Positions 54,301 to 64,000 of a stretch of DNA of 64,000 bases are shown here, in pieces. The stretch lies in assembly GCA_905178155.1 (NCBI GenBank), contig CAJINV010000004.1:5000619-5064618 (forward strand), read 5' to 3'. This stretch comes from Amoebophrya sp. A120. Lineage: Eukaryota; Protista; Dinoflagellata. The position numbers were made by a program, and so were the translations under genes. The notes under the pieces were generated by a model that worked only from the letters and a program-made list of their open reading frames with translations, had not been told where the DNA came from and searched no databases. The number at the start of each line of letters is the position of its first letter. Positions within the stretch are counted from its first letter, which is position 1.

Positions 54301-57300
54301 AACCCGCCAAACGCAGCGGTGTTTGGTTCGGGAGAGACTTGCCCAATTTCCGGACTAGTAGTTACGACACTTATCGCAGTACCTGGCTGCAAAACGGGCG
54401 TGCTGGTTCCCCGCACGATCGGCAATTCGATATGCAGGCCTGGAAGCGGCAAATTCAGATGATCCGTCGCCTTTTTAGCCGAGAAACTGAACAAGTTGCT
54501 GGCGGTGGCTTCGTCCGACACAAACTTCGTGCCGAAGCGGTCAATCCAATTCTGGCTCTTCTCCAGCTCCCGATACCACTGCGTCACGACCAACTCGCTC
54601 TGGTCCCACGTCATGCCAGCATCGGTGAAAGTTGTGAAGCCCCGCGTGCGAAGGTCGTACAGCTCTTCGACGACTCGGAGGATTTCTTCGTCTTTCCACA
54701 GAGTTCTTGTCGTTGTCGCACTTCCGCTTGGAGCTGCTCCTGTAGTTGATGGAGGAATTGATGAGTCGTGGTGGGTGAACCGAAGAAAGCTCGGGGACGC
54801 GGCGCCGCCGGGCGAACGGTAGCCACTCGGCGTCTCCAGCTGCACTCGCCCGAGCCAATCGCGCAGGTGATTCCGGCCGGTGGGCGCGAGCTCGCGCAAC
54901 CCCCCGTACTTGTCCCATTCCTTGTGGTACTTTTCGGATTTTGGCACGCGCAAAACCTCCACCTGGTCCACGACCTTGCTCAGCGGGAGCCGACGTCTGA
55001 CGGCCGGCGCGCCGGAAGAACCATCCCTGGGCGGGTCTTTCTGTCTCCTGCCGAGGAACTCGCTCACGAGCGGCGCGAAGTCGGTTTCCGTGGCGCGCGT
55101 CTGCAACACGTACGCCTTGCGGCTGGTGATATCCACGAGCCGCTGCGTTTCGACCAATTGATCGATGTTGCTATTAATGTTGTCCTATCCCGTGCAAAAT
55201 TAGCATCGCACTCGCAGTAATGGCAATCGCAGTCATGCATTACAAATCTCCATCCCAAGGCAAAACAGCATGACAAAATCCATTTGTCATCATGCTGAGC
55301 TAATTTGTATTGCAACTACTACTAGTACGATACTTTTGCAGTTCATATGTCCAAGTACGCCCGCGCCACCTGCTGGCGCCGCTTCAGCGCTTCCTGCCCG
55401 GGGGACGGCGCCTGCTGCTGCTCCGCGGTGTCAATAAGCGCAGAAGTACTAGACCCCCGTTCTTTCGGTGGTGCGGAAATGGCGATCAGGAAATCGCGGG
55501 TCTGCACCTCCTTTTGAATCGCGAAGCTGGCGCGCTCCAAACTCAGTTTCACGTCCATTTTGCGGTCAAAGTGCTTCAGGGTGCCGCTATCGGTTTGGAT
55601 TCGCCACCAAGCCTGGCCCATGTAGGCAGGACCCGCGAAGACGGAGTCGAGGGAAACCGCGGCTTCGAAGTAGATCATAGGACCATCGTAAGCACCGTTA
55701 ATCTGTTTTTCCAAAGTAGTATCCATGTGACGGGTGACAGTGAACGCCTTGTCGTTGCGCAAAGCGTCCATCGACGCCATGCCCATCTGCGTCAAATAGA
55801 ACGGGTTCTTAATCGCGCGCAGGCCCAAGTACTTGCTCTCCACGTGCGCGCGCAGCTGTACTTCCACAGGGAGCTGCTGGTTGCTCTCGTCTCCTGTCGT
55901 GGAAGATACGCCGCCGCCACCGGGGAGCTTAGCCTTTTCGCCTGCGTCTTTTTCGATACGTTTTCGCATGTTTTCCCAAAAATCTTTCTCTGCGTAAATG
56001 TCACTTTCGAGCAGGGGTAACAATTCAGGCACCGGATTCAAATCGTCCCAGTCTGCGGAACCAGGAAACCGGTGCACCAACTTCAGCAGCGCGCCGCCCC
56101 GCAACTTGGCGAACTTTGCACCGGTATCCTCTTCCGCCGGGGGTATCTCCGTGCCCGCGAAGTCCCAAGTCACGTCAGAAAGCCAGGCTTCGTACTTCTT
56201 CAGTGTTTCCTTCTGCGTTTCCCGCTCCACATGTTGTTTTTGACTGTTTAGGATTTTGATTTTCTCTTGCGCTGCTCCTATTGCCTTTTTGTTTTCCTGC
56301 AGTTCGTCAACGGATGGCATCGTGGTTCGGGAAATAATTTTTTTCACCTGCATCAACCGGTCGAGGTCACCTTGCTGTTCCCGGATTTCTGTGTCCAGTT
56401 CCTTATTTCTCCTCCCTTTGTCCGCCACGCTTTTCTCGATCTCGCTGCGACTGCGGTCCAGAAACAACGCCCACCGCTCCGCGATCGCCAACAGCGTGTT
56501 TTCCTCCCGGATGCGGTCTAAAGGGTCCTGCTGGTGCAGGTCGGTGGCGTACTTGCCCATAAAGTACGCGCCACCAACATATCCACAGTAAATTTCCCGC
56601 ACACGCACAAATGCGGTCTCTGCATGACAAAACTTGGCTTCGATCCTAGTTTAGCATGACAAGTTTTGCGCTCCAAATTGGTAGAATTTGTGATGCATCT
56701 TGTACATGTACGGGAAATTTGTATTGCATACAACAGCCGCGCCAACGCCGACGAGGGCTGCGGGCACCGCGAGTACCGCGCCCGTGAAAAACGTGACCCC
56801 CATGAAAAGGAAGGAGCTCGCAGCATACCCCAGCGCGCCGCCGGCCGCGCCACCAGCCACCCCTTTGCCGACTTTCTGTGCGTGGAACGCATTCCACTTG
56901 GCGGAGAACGCCTCGGGGTCAAACGCGTCGGCGAGCTTGCTCCGGAAGCTCTGGAACTCGAACAAAAAGCGGGAATACAGCAGGTCCTGCGTTTTGATCA
57001 CAACAAGCTCCCCTTCTTCGAACTGTTGCAGCCGCTTGGCCTCCTCTTTCTCGGAATCTAGTTTGTACTTTCGCAACCGGCTCAGGTCGTTGTCTTTTTC
57101 CGAGCCGAATCCTGCAGATAGTGAATATTGCACCGCGTGGTCGCGTCTCCCCGCGTCAAGCACGCTGGCGGCCAATTCTCGGTGATGAACCGCAGCAGAA
57201 CTAGCCGGCGTTGGGCTATTAGGCGTACTAGGACCTTCATCTCGTCCCGGTTGGACATCTCTTGCGGCACCGCCGGTACTAGGTTCTAACAGCTTCAGAA

Positions 57301-60300
57301 TGTCGCTTTTCTTTTCCTTGTTGAGCATCTTCACTGGATCAAGCAGTGGCTTCTGTGCGTCCAACGAAGCTGCCGCTCCGGAGGAAGCCACATCGAGAGA
57401 AGAATCCACCAGCTCCTTGCCCTTCTCGCCATCGAGAATGTCAATCCAGCTTGCAAACACGTCGACTTCATCCTCATGACCGGCCGGATTTGTGCTTTGC
57501 TCATCTCTACCGAGTGCCGTCGTGTACTCTTCTATCCCACCCGCACTCCCGAATCCTTCAGACACCATAGCGGTGATCCTCCCCGTGCCTTTTTTGCCCT
57601 GCCGCGCCGTCCGCCCCAGTGCCTGCGCCTCCTCGCGACTCTCTGCCAAAAAGGTGAGCTCCACATGCAACCCCCCGTACTGCTCGATCGCTGCGGTGTC
57701 GTAGTCCGTGCCGCGCCCCGCCAGATATCAAATGCAAAAACGTCTGGGTCTGGAAGTCATGCTGTTTTTGCATGACACAAAATGTCTGCCATGGAAGCCC
57801 TAGCATCACAGATTTCGCTTCAGCAAAAGGTGCCCACATCCGATGTGGGCACCTTTTGCTGCCTATGCATGAGAGATTTATCTTTTTTGTGAAATGCGCA
57901 TCACAAGTTCGCATCCTTCCTGACCCAGGCATATTTGCAATGCATACCAGGTTGGTGGACACAATCACCATGCCCGGTTCGAACGGTGCCATTTTGACCT
58001 CGCCCACGTCGGCATTGGACTGGCGAAGGTATTCGATAACTTTCGTCTGCTCCCATTCCCGCTTCAAGGAAGTGGAAATCTGTGTGGCGTGCTGGATGCT
58101 GCGGCAGATGCAGAGCACCCCGCGGTCCCTTCTAAGTTCCCTTACGACATTCTCCACCACGGTCGCCACCCACCGCGATCGCTGCGACAAGACTCGACGT
58201 GCAGTTCCGTTATCGTGATGAGCCACACCGGAGTCGTCCGCTTCTGACATTATTTCGCTTGGGTCATAATTTTCGCCGTCGGGCAAGAACTGCCCTTCCT
58301 GCTCCGAAAACGCCCCTCCTCTCCACGACCCCGGCTTGCTTCCCGGCGCACCGCCGCGAGCCGCCACGCTTCCCAAAACCGCCGGCACCAATGTCTCGGG
58401 CCCGATCAGATCCGGTGCGTATTCCAAAAAGCGCTTGTCCCGCGATAGGGGCATCAGCCGGGACGAGAGTTGGTACGTGGACTTCAGGCTGTTGCGCACC
58501 GCGCGCGAACCGAGGGTTCCCGTGACACCGTAGACGAACTTGTATCTGCGGAAGAAAGCGAAATTGGACAAGAAATTCGTCGGCAGGGACTCCGGCGTGA
58601 CGGGCAGTTGGTGCGCCACCTCGAGCGTCTGGTGAATCCCGTCGGACCAGTGGAGGGACTCTTGCGTGATTCCTGTGGCACCGGACACCGGCTTAACGGC
58701 GTTGTCCTCCACTACGTAGTCGATGTTCTCCTTGAACGTGAAGTACGCGAGCATGGCGGACTTGACCAGGCGCGGAATCGTGTCGCGGATGTGCTGCTCC
58801 CAGTGCTTCGGGATCTGGATCAAGCCAGCAGAGTGGTCGTGCTGCTGGTGATGTTCTTGGTCAGCAGCTGCTTTCTTGGCGCTAGTACTTCCTCCTTTCG
58901 AGGAACCCTGCTCACCAGCGCCTGAGCCAACGGAGGTTTGCGCAGCTCCACTGTCGAAAGTAAACAGAGACGAAGCAGCCTTTGCACTGTCCTTGATGTT
59001 CAGAAAATCCGGCAAGCGTTCCGAGGGAGGAGCCAATTTCACCGGCCGCCCACCGGGAATCGGTGCATAGCCAGCGTGCAAGAGCAGATCTTCCGCATGG
59101 CGGAACGTCGTGACTGGCGGGTTCCTGTTTCCTGCTGTGGGGGGTTCTTGGACTCCTGCCGAAGCCGCGGGAGTTGTGCCGCTTACATCTTGTTCTTCGG
59201 GAATTGCCTCCATGGGACGCGGGGGAACTGGTCCTTCTTGCTGTGTTTCGCCACTGCCCTGGTCGACCTCCATAGGAGCTGGACTAGCGCTCGCTGGTCC
59301 TCCTGTGCTAGGGCCTTCTTCATGTGCTGGAGGAGGCGGCGACGCAGTAATATCAGCTGGTTGCGCGGTTGTAGAACTTTCCGTACGTTTCTTCGCACTT
59401 CTAGACTTCGTGAACAACGACCCCTCCGCCCTGATATCCTCGCTGCGCCAGTCGATGGCCCGCAGCAGGAACCGTTCGAGGTAGTCTTCCAGTGCTTGGT
59501 TTTTCTTTTCCATCTCCGCGTCGGTCTCGTCTTCTGGTGTCCCCTCCCCTCCGAGCTCGATCCCGACCTCGCTACCGCCCTTCTTGCGCACCTCGCGGAG
59601 CAGCTGGGACAGAGTCATGATGACGGTTCCTCTGGTGCGGCCCCGAGCAGCTGCTCCCGGTGAAAACATCGCGCTCGTTGCACTGATCCCTGCGCCCGTT
59701 GTAGAGGAGAGACGAAACTCGACGGAATCCTCGACTATCGCGGACGACCCGACAGAGTTGTTTGAGGGTCTTCTTGCTGTCAAGTTTCTTGTACCAGTAC
59801 CGCGGATTTTCCGCAATAAGTCACCGTACAGCAGCACCAGCCGCTTCTTCTTCCCCTCCGGAACGGGAATCAGCCGGTGCTGGAGCCGGTCAATCTCCAT
59901 TTTCAGCACGTGGTAAATCGGCTCCAGAAATTCCGCCCCCGGAAACGGCACGGCGACTTTCGCAGTCCTGGATAAGTCGTTTACCAGCATCATGTCAACT
60001 TCGTCGGCTAAAGCGACGTTGTCAAAACCAAATTCCAGCCGACCCATCGCGATCGCGGTGTTCATTTCCACCTCCTCTTTCAGAATCTTCGTCGCGAACG
60101 CTTTGTGGATGTTCCGGAAGTCGGTGTCTGGTTGGAAACTACGTTGTTCTTCACGCAGATCGTCGCTTTCCAGCACTGACTCGCTCGTTGTTCCGAAGAG
60201 GGCGGGGAACAGATTTTCTCCCGGCAAGAGAAAATGGTCCTCGAAGGCGGCAGAACCGGTCGATATATCGTTCGTGCCTGCGTGGCTTATCCGTTGCCAG

Positions 60301-63300
60301 AACCGAAACCACTCTTTCGTGTGCTGTGCTGGGGTATTCGAGGTCTTAGCGTCGCTCTTCGTTGGTGGCGTTGGTTCGACTTGGTAGAGCACGCTTTGAA
60401 ACTGCGGGTCTGCTCTTTCATCCGTAATATCTGGATCGTCTTCTCCGTCCTCTTTTCGTTGCCTGGGATGAATTGTGCTCGTCTCAACATGTCTCTTTGT
60501 TGATCGAATCGCCTTGACAGTGCTTCTGCGCCAGATTCCCTCGAGGGAGGTCACGGCTTTCTCTGCTCCCCCGTCGCCCAAGGAACTGGCCCAAAGAATC
60601 TCGGCCTGTTTGCGCTCCTCCTTCTCCGCAGCCTTCGCTGCTTGCTGCTCTGGCTGTTCCTCCTCCGGACGTCCGGCTGCTGGCATTTCAACGTCCTCCG
60701 GTTTAGCAGGCAACAACCTTTCGCGGAGCACATCGTTCACCCCCTCTGCGTACCTCGCGAGCTTGACACGGAGTCGGGGCAACACCGCCCCAGATTCTTC
60801 CAAATACAAGCGGCGAGACATAGCCCGTAAGCCGTTCTCTTCACGCACTATCGCATCATACTTCGCTTTTCCCGGTGTCAGCCGGTGGACCACGGCGCTA
60901 GGGTCATAAAACACCTCTATCGGCTTTTCTCGGCTCTCCTGCGACTCTTTCTCTTCATCATCAGCAGCAGTACCGGCGCCGGCTTGTTCTTCACCCTCCT
61001 TGTCGTGGCGCCCCGCCTTGTTGGAGTTCGCACTGAGTCGCTTCCCCCGGGGCCCTGCGTCGACGTTCGCTTCGTACTTTATCCAGTGCAAAAGTATCGC
61101 ACTCATAGTAATTGCAGTCATGCATGACAAATCTGGTTCGTGAGCTCATTCAGCATTGCAAATTCCATTTTCCCTTCTGGAAAAATTTGTGATGCTATTT
61201 CTACTATTAATACCATACTTTTACACTGCATATACTTCGCACCGTAGCGATTTCCGGTGGTTTTCTGGTGGTACCACTCGGATTTCAGGGCGTCGAACAT
61301 GAAATCAGCTGGATCGCCAATGGTGATCTCGCTCTCGTAGCACGCGCGTTTGGAAGAAGATGCAGAGGAAGAGGACTTCTTTTTGCTGGTAGTTGCACTG
61401 CCATCCGCTCCTGCTGCTCCCGAAGTAGACTGTGTGTTGTGAGAGATTTTCAACGCGAACGCCTCGAACAGGTTTTTGTTTTTCTCCGCATCGCGCACGG
61501 CAAGAACTGGGCTGCTGGTCATGATATCCACTTTTTTCCCGTAAACCAAGCTCATCAACACCGCCATACCGGCAACAATTTCCGTTTTTCCCTCGCCTGT
61601 CGCTACTTGTAACAGCGTGCCTCTCGTGAAGACGTCGCTCGCGACATTGGTCTCGCCAGAAGTTGCTGCTGGCGGGAAATAGAGCTTCATTCTGTCGTTG
61701 TCATCTTGTTGATTTTGTTGAGGTTGACCTTGAGCAGGTTTTATTGGGAGATCTTTTTCAGGTGTACGTCTCTCTTGCTGAAGCTGCTGCAACATTTCGT
61801 TTTCGAAAGCCTTCCGGTCGGCAAGGGGCGTGCCGTCGTGCAGCACGAACTGTTCGGCCGTTCCCAAAAAGTTCCTGCGCATCGCAGCCCAGTGCGACCG
61901 CAGGACCTCGACAATCGCCAGTCGCTGCACAAAATGCAGTTCGATCTGCCGCTGCGCCTTAATTCCGTAGAAGAAGACTTGCAGTGCCAGGGCGGAAAGC
62001 TTCTCGTAGACGCGCAGAACCATCCCAATACCCTTTTGCAAGACCGCCTGGACGCGGAGAAATCTCGCCTTTTCCCGCAACTGTTGGTACATTTGTTCTG
62101 CTTTTTCCCTAGTACCCGCAAGAAGGGATGCATTTCTGGTGTCCTTCGCTTTCTCCGCGTACTTTTCCAACACCCACCCGGCTACGTGGTTTTTAAACCT
62201 CGTCTCCTTGGCTGCAGTGGTCGGCGCAAGATTGGCGCTATTTCCACCAAAACCGATTGCGGAAAAAGCCATCCACGCGGGGAGCACCTCTCGCTCTTGC
62301 AAATCGAGGTGGTAAGTCAAGCTCCCACGTGGTCCGGAATGAGAAGAACTGGTCGTCGGCAAAAACTTTTCTGACAGCAGGAAATCTAGGTTGGCCATGT
62401 GGTCTGCCAGCTGTTCGCGCAGCCTGGGCGCCACCTGAGTTTTCATGTGGCTGCTCCAGTCGAGCAACTCCGCGCTCTATGGAAGTGTCAGAATCGAAAT
62501 TGACAAAATCGAAAAATTTGTGATGCACAAAATCGATGTCAGTTGGAGCCTCAGTTTCCAAGTGGCGCATGACAAATTTAGAGGGTACCCAAATCCAGTC
62601 TGTCATGCTGTTTGGGCAAAGAAGACTCCGCCTGTAGTGCTACTCTGGCAGCACATTGTATACAACCCCTAAACAGGCTTACAATCGGCCTCATTTGCCT
62701 GCTCCCCAATACAGGCCTCCAGTGCCCTGCATTTTATGCGTCACAAATTTTTCGATTTTGTCGATTTCGATCCTGACACATCCATACACTCGTCCAATGG
62801 GAAATCGGTTTCCAGATCCCGAGACGAGAAAGATCCACCCGGGTGTCATCTACTTGTACTTCTTCGACGAGCTGCCCATGCTCGCCTTCTTCACGGGCCT
62901 GTTCTTCCTCGCCTTCGCTATCCACCTCCATCTCGTTCATTGGTGTGTCCTCTTCGTAGTTTCCCCTCCGGCTTTCGCGAGGCGCAGGCACTTGATGATC
63001 CTGCGAAGAACCTCCGGAGTTTGTAACACTTCGTCCACCCTGCTGCCAGGGGTATCTCTCCACGGTGGGTGTGAACGTGTGCAGGCTGTTCAAGAGTTTC
63101 GCTACTTCCGTCTCCGTCCAGGAATCCGTGATTTCGTTGTGCAAGAAAAACCGTGCCACGATGTAGGGCCAGTTGTACACCGGCTGCCCGACGAGACGGA
63201 GCCCCGCGGGGGACCGGGCGATTTCCTTCGTGACAAAGTCTCGGAACCCGGCCCCGACAGACCCTTTCGCCAGGTCGTGCAGGATCTGCAGCACGCACTC

Positions 63301-64000
63301 CTGCGTCTTTGAGCCTTCTTTCTTTGCTTCGAGAAGCTTTTGCTTTGGTGTTCCTTCCGCAATACGAGCTCTTTTGTTTTCACATTCCCGCATGATCTTG
63401 GGGCCCGGCCCTTGCTTGGGTTCAGCGTGATACCTTTTTACCGCATTCGCATCCCCGGACTCCGCGGTCCACAGCACTCCTCTGACCCGCTGCACCTCCT
63501 TGGTTGCACCGGTGCGCGCGGCGTCCGGGGCTGTGAAGTGCCACCAGGCGACTTCCTTGGAGATCGAGTTCAGCAGGTACCGCTCCATCACCTTCTCCAC
63601 ACTGCTGTGCTCGCGAGCCTGTGTGGAAGATTTGCTTCGCGTTTTATGCCAGTGCGGGACGTCAGCAGGAGCAGAATCGTCATTTTCAGCAGTTGCAGCT
63701 CCTGGCGCATCAACGCAAAAGTTTCGCACCTTAGTCCCTCCTGCGGTGCTAGCGTCCGTTGTTTCTTGGGAGGACGAGCTGCTGCAACGTTTTTCTTCGA
63801 GCATGGCGGTGCTCTCACGATCGATTACTCCGAAACCGCCACCGGCTGCCATACTTTCGACCAGCAGCCGCTGTGTCGCCGTGTCGATGGTCTGCCACGC
63901 GGCCCGGCGCTTCTTCTCTTCCTTGGCAAGTTGCCTTTCGGACAGATGGATAACGTCTTGCTCGCGGTCCTTCGCAACGCCGTTGGAAGTTGTGTGGGTG
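27332..64000 (-). CDS. Giant SecA-like DEAD/SF2 ATPase-domain protein (>=9,323 aa, 5' end outside window)
   Basis: SecA-type motifs: LLQVATGEGKT, VDIMTSSPVLAVRDAE, YESEITIGD..F.FD.L, ADEVDMML, ENIDYVV..TG...LHWSDGIHQ.LE, FFRRY..VYGVTGT, STNLAGRGTDY, GGLHV..QALGRTARQG. Eight introner joins are solid. Three GT-AG joins (38407-44899, 31084-31384, 28378-28609) are phase-compatible predictions. Spliced length 27,972 nt is in one frame. The part below 38406 could be separate gene(s). Confidence 0.7.
29215..29273. repeat. In-frame 30-bp tandem duplication (DERQLRSMSP x2)
   Basis: AGGGCTCATCGACCGCAACTGCCGCTCGTC repeated. Confidence 0.85.
32951..33153. mobile_element. Introner (203 bp) that also reads as a GT-AG intron
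   Basis: TIR TATSCAAGRAAAAAAGTGYGTWAGTG; perfect direct repeat CCTCC. Confidence 0.88.
38579..39106 (+). repeat. 5' LTR (528 bp)
   Basis: Direct repeat of 44272-44805; about 15 substitutions and one 6-bp indel counted by eye. Confidence 0.93.
39164..40359 (+). pseudogene. gag: copia gag with an apparent frameshift near 39370-39410
   Basis: ATG 39164 frame (MGQEAKLAEKL..DWRAW..) switches to ORF 39370-40359, which carries a CCHC knuckle CWICGKENHKADRC. Confidence 0.75.
40360..44178 (+). CDS. pol: copia pol (protease, integrase, reverse transcriptase, RNase H)
   Basis: LVDSCA (PR); HRRFGH..CPEC, MDF, RRDNE, PEQNGTCERF (IN); FDLDSAFLN, LKKALYGLKDAP, YVDD (RT); FSDASFA, STAEAEY (RH). In frame with gag after TGA 40357-59; first ATG at 40402. 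Confidence 0.93.
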   Translation, partial: PDQGGAYISEYGSCMLNLENLEDFDLDSSSCFTAQTKDEVSLVDSCANKYLSRHKTDFVDISSNVCRINGTAGARDGFVGKLKENALGLPYGVYFKHLPRDIDRILPWLGEDNLSGRGWDLNYNSSGGSLVNRESGQMLPIKNHERSTLPVLGCDLFVVGLRGQATSDTAEDIARITIEESVASCHLTRLEQHRRFGHFHADGPSVQCPECDKAKGARSSHAKERDTSNYKPEPLKLLAMDFAVGIKPVSIRSRTCVLVVICDAIKKRFCVPLKLKSDCVEVLEEVIKGIRQNYALTLEDKAAWFVRRDNEPALGSDSMTKVMQSLRVGDAPTVPYNPEQNGTCERFMRTIFGAVRAMLVNVDKRLWCYSVEYAAACWDRLPHKYSKAPEYDGKTPAEILDERTGRNSSKVGTRMLRRFGCLVYFREQVKKGEAHEAPEGGVEVVAPKLSAPFRRGVFLGLCPKSSGWRVGTYVTDGRSAAGHRWMKYSTIDVKFREEYLVKNIEDLAPNSKGIYVECDAIEALPSGAPCAPSLPCVGLIKRAAHRLGVDVSEHTGRQPDGPEETLAVESLDREDDPGQIHPEPEGVKPEEGNLDDHPTRSSLSSPRKARPSPARIVAGSRNSKPRGRGRPKGRKDKKKRARRTKKELAELRKDASAFAAAIAAQEEREEGEEFLDVQCYLTTSAKLDPARCKDSVEWNAATNKEDCRLEAYKVREPATGEELATAKQVLPIAVLLTEKRDGTKKARAVALGNLDRSGELDTFAPVVSHAAKRLLLAAAAANGDDVTPFDLDSAFLNALLDRDVFCRLPPIWAKKHGVEIVKLKKALYGLKDAPRLWYKKYEEVLTKLGWEPCPSAPGLWKKPSVEHPGKFLKLAVYVDDNLITGPPTGSELAGELAEILHHVKGRMIDVELVPEFNSVSKKFDFLGSIVYYSWNLRTVRIVMSEHISKICKRFHVSEAGKPVHSPNFDESELAKEVEGAKVIEGFPLREVAGSLQWAATTCRVDIVAPVATVARYVGKPATRPVANACKKIPKYLLTTKEQGLSYSPEIEEEFNRIYSKLLPDGRDLPDVNLFSDASFANCCKTMRSTSGSVMHFRGFPICWRSNRQTVRAYSTAEAEYIAASDTIALSEQNDFTEFFKPLPTVMVEKQNGSSPSLDDAILWIDNQSAITTAKSTDNKPKSRHYALRYLRVRDAASQIMFCPTYLMKADGLTKLECSAPQRRLLLHHIDNPDPKSFICDSSDDEDDLETFIEGNHKGKAKVGYTYSIYFGF
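44272..44805 (+). repeat. 3' LTR (534 bp)
   Basis: Direct repeat of 5' LTR; follows polypurine tract; ends CTAACA then TSD GGTTC. Confidence 0.93.
45073..45181. mobile_element. Introner (109 bp, shortest)
   Basis: TATCCA..AAAAAA..CA TIR; perfect direct repeat GCTCC; join VGERSMF. Confidence 0.85.
45723..46044. mobile_element. Introner (322 bp)
   Basis: TIR TATCRAAAGSAAAAATCCCCCCTCCCCATATC; perfect direct repeat GTTTG; join EQQTGRF. Confidence 0.9.
55186..55347. mobile_element. Introner family A-like (162 bp)
   Basis: Perfect direct repeat TGTCC; join YLDNINS. Confidence 0.9.
56580..56730. mobile_element. Introner (151 bp)
   Basis: TAT.CA....AAATTTCCCG TIR; perfect direct repeat CAACA; join AAVGG. 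Confidence 0.88.
57726..57946. mobile_element. Introner family B (221 bp) splitting the SecA motif TNLAGRGTD
   Basis: Flanks CCAGA/CCAGG; removal restores STNLAGRGTDY. Confidence 0.92.
61080..61232. mobile_element. Introner family A (153 bp)
   Basis: Perfect direct repeat TACTT; join GAKYEAN. Confidence 0.88.
62478..62786. mobile_element. Introner family D (309 bp)
   Basis: TIR TATGGAWGTGTCAGRATCGAAATYGACAAAATCGAAAAATTTGTGA; flanks CGCTC/CACTC; join HWTSAELLDW. Confidence 0.9.

Noticed and set aside
27347-63953. Numerous plus-strand ORFs overlapping the giant gene
   Set aside because: Antisense shadows of GC-rich coding sequence with no motifs.

Overview
Eukaryotic, gene-dense genomic DNA. 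The style of intron suggests a syndinian dinoflagellate such as Amoebophrya (inference). It holds four minus-strand genes: a TTL/TTLL ATP-grasp ligase (3' end outside the window), a Dispatched/Patched-family RND sterol-sensing protein (~1,337 aa), a Sfi1-like Trp-repeat coiled-coil protein (~2,851 aa) and a giant SecA-like DEAD ATPase protein (>=9,300 aa if my splice joins hold; 5' end outside the window). A Ty1/copia LTR retrotransposon (TSD GGTTC) lies in an intron of the giant gene. The dominant hidden structure is a set of 21 complete plus 1 partial non-canonical transposon-like introns (introners). All complete ones start TAT, end ATA, carry terminal inverted repeats and are flanked by a 5-bp direct repeat. 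Removing element plus one repeat copy restores the reading frame every time, and one family occurs in both orientations. One member is a 2,543-bp almost fully palindromic (foldback) element, 18963-21505, whose centre has two direct-oriented hairpins resembling a flip/flop junction.
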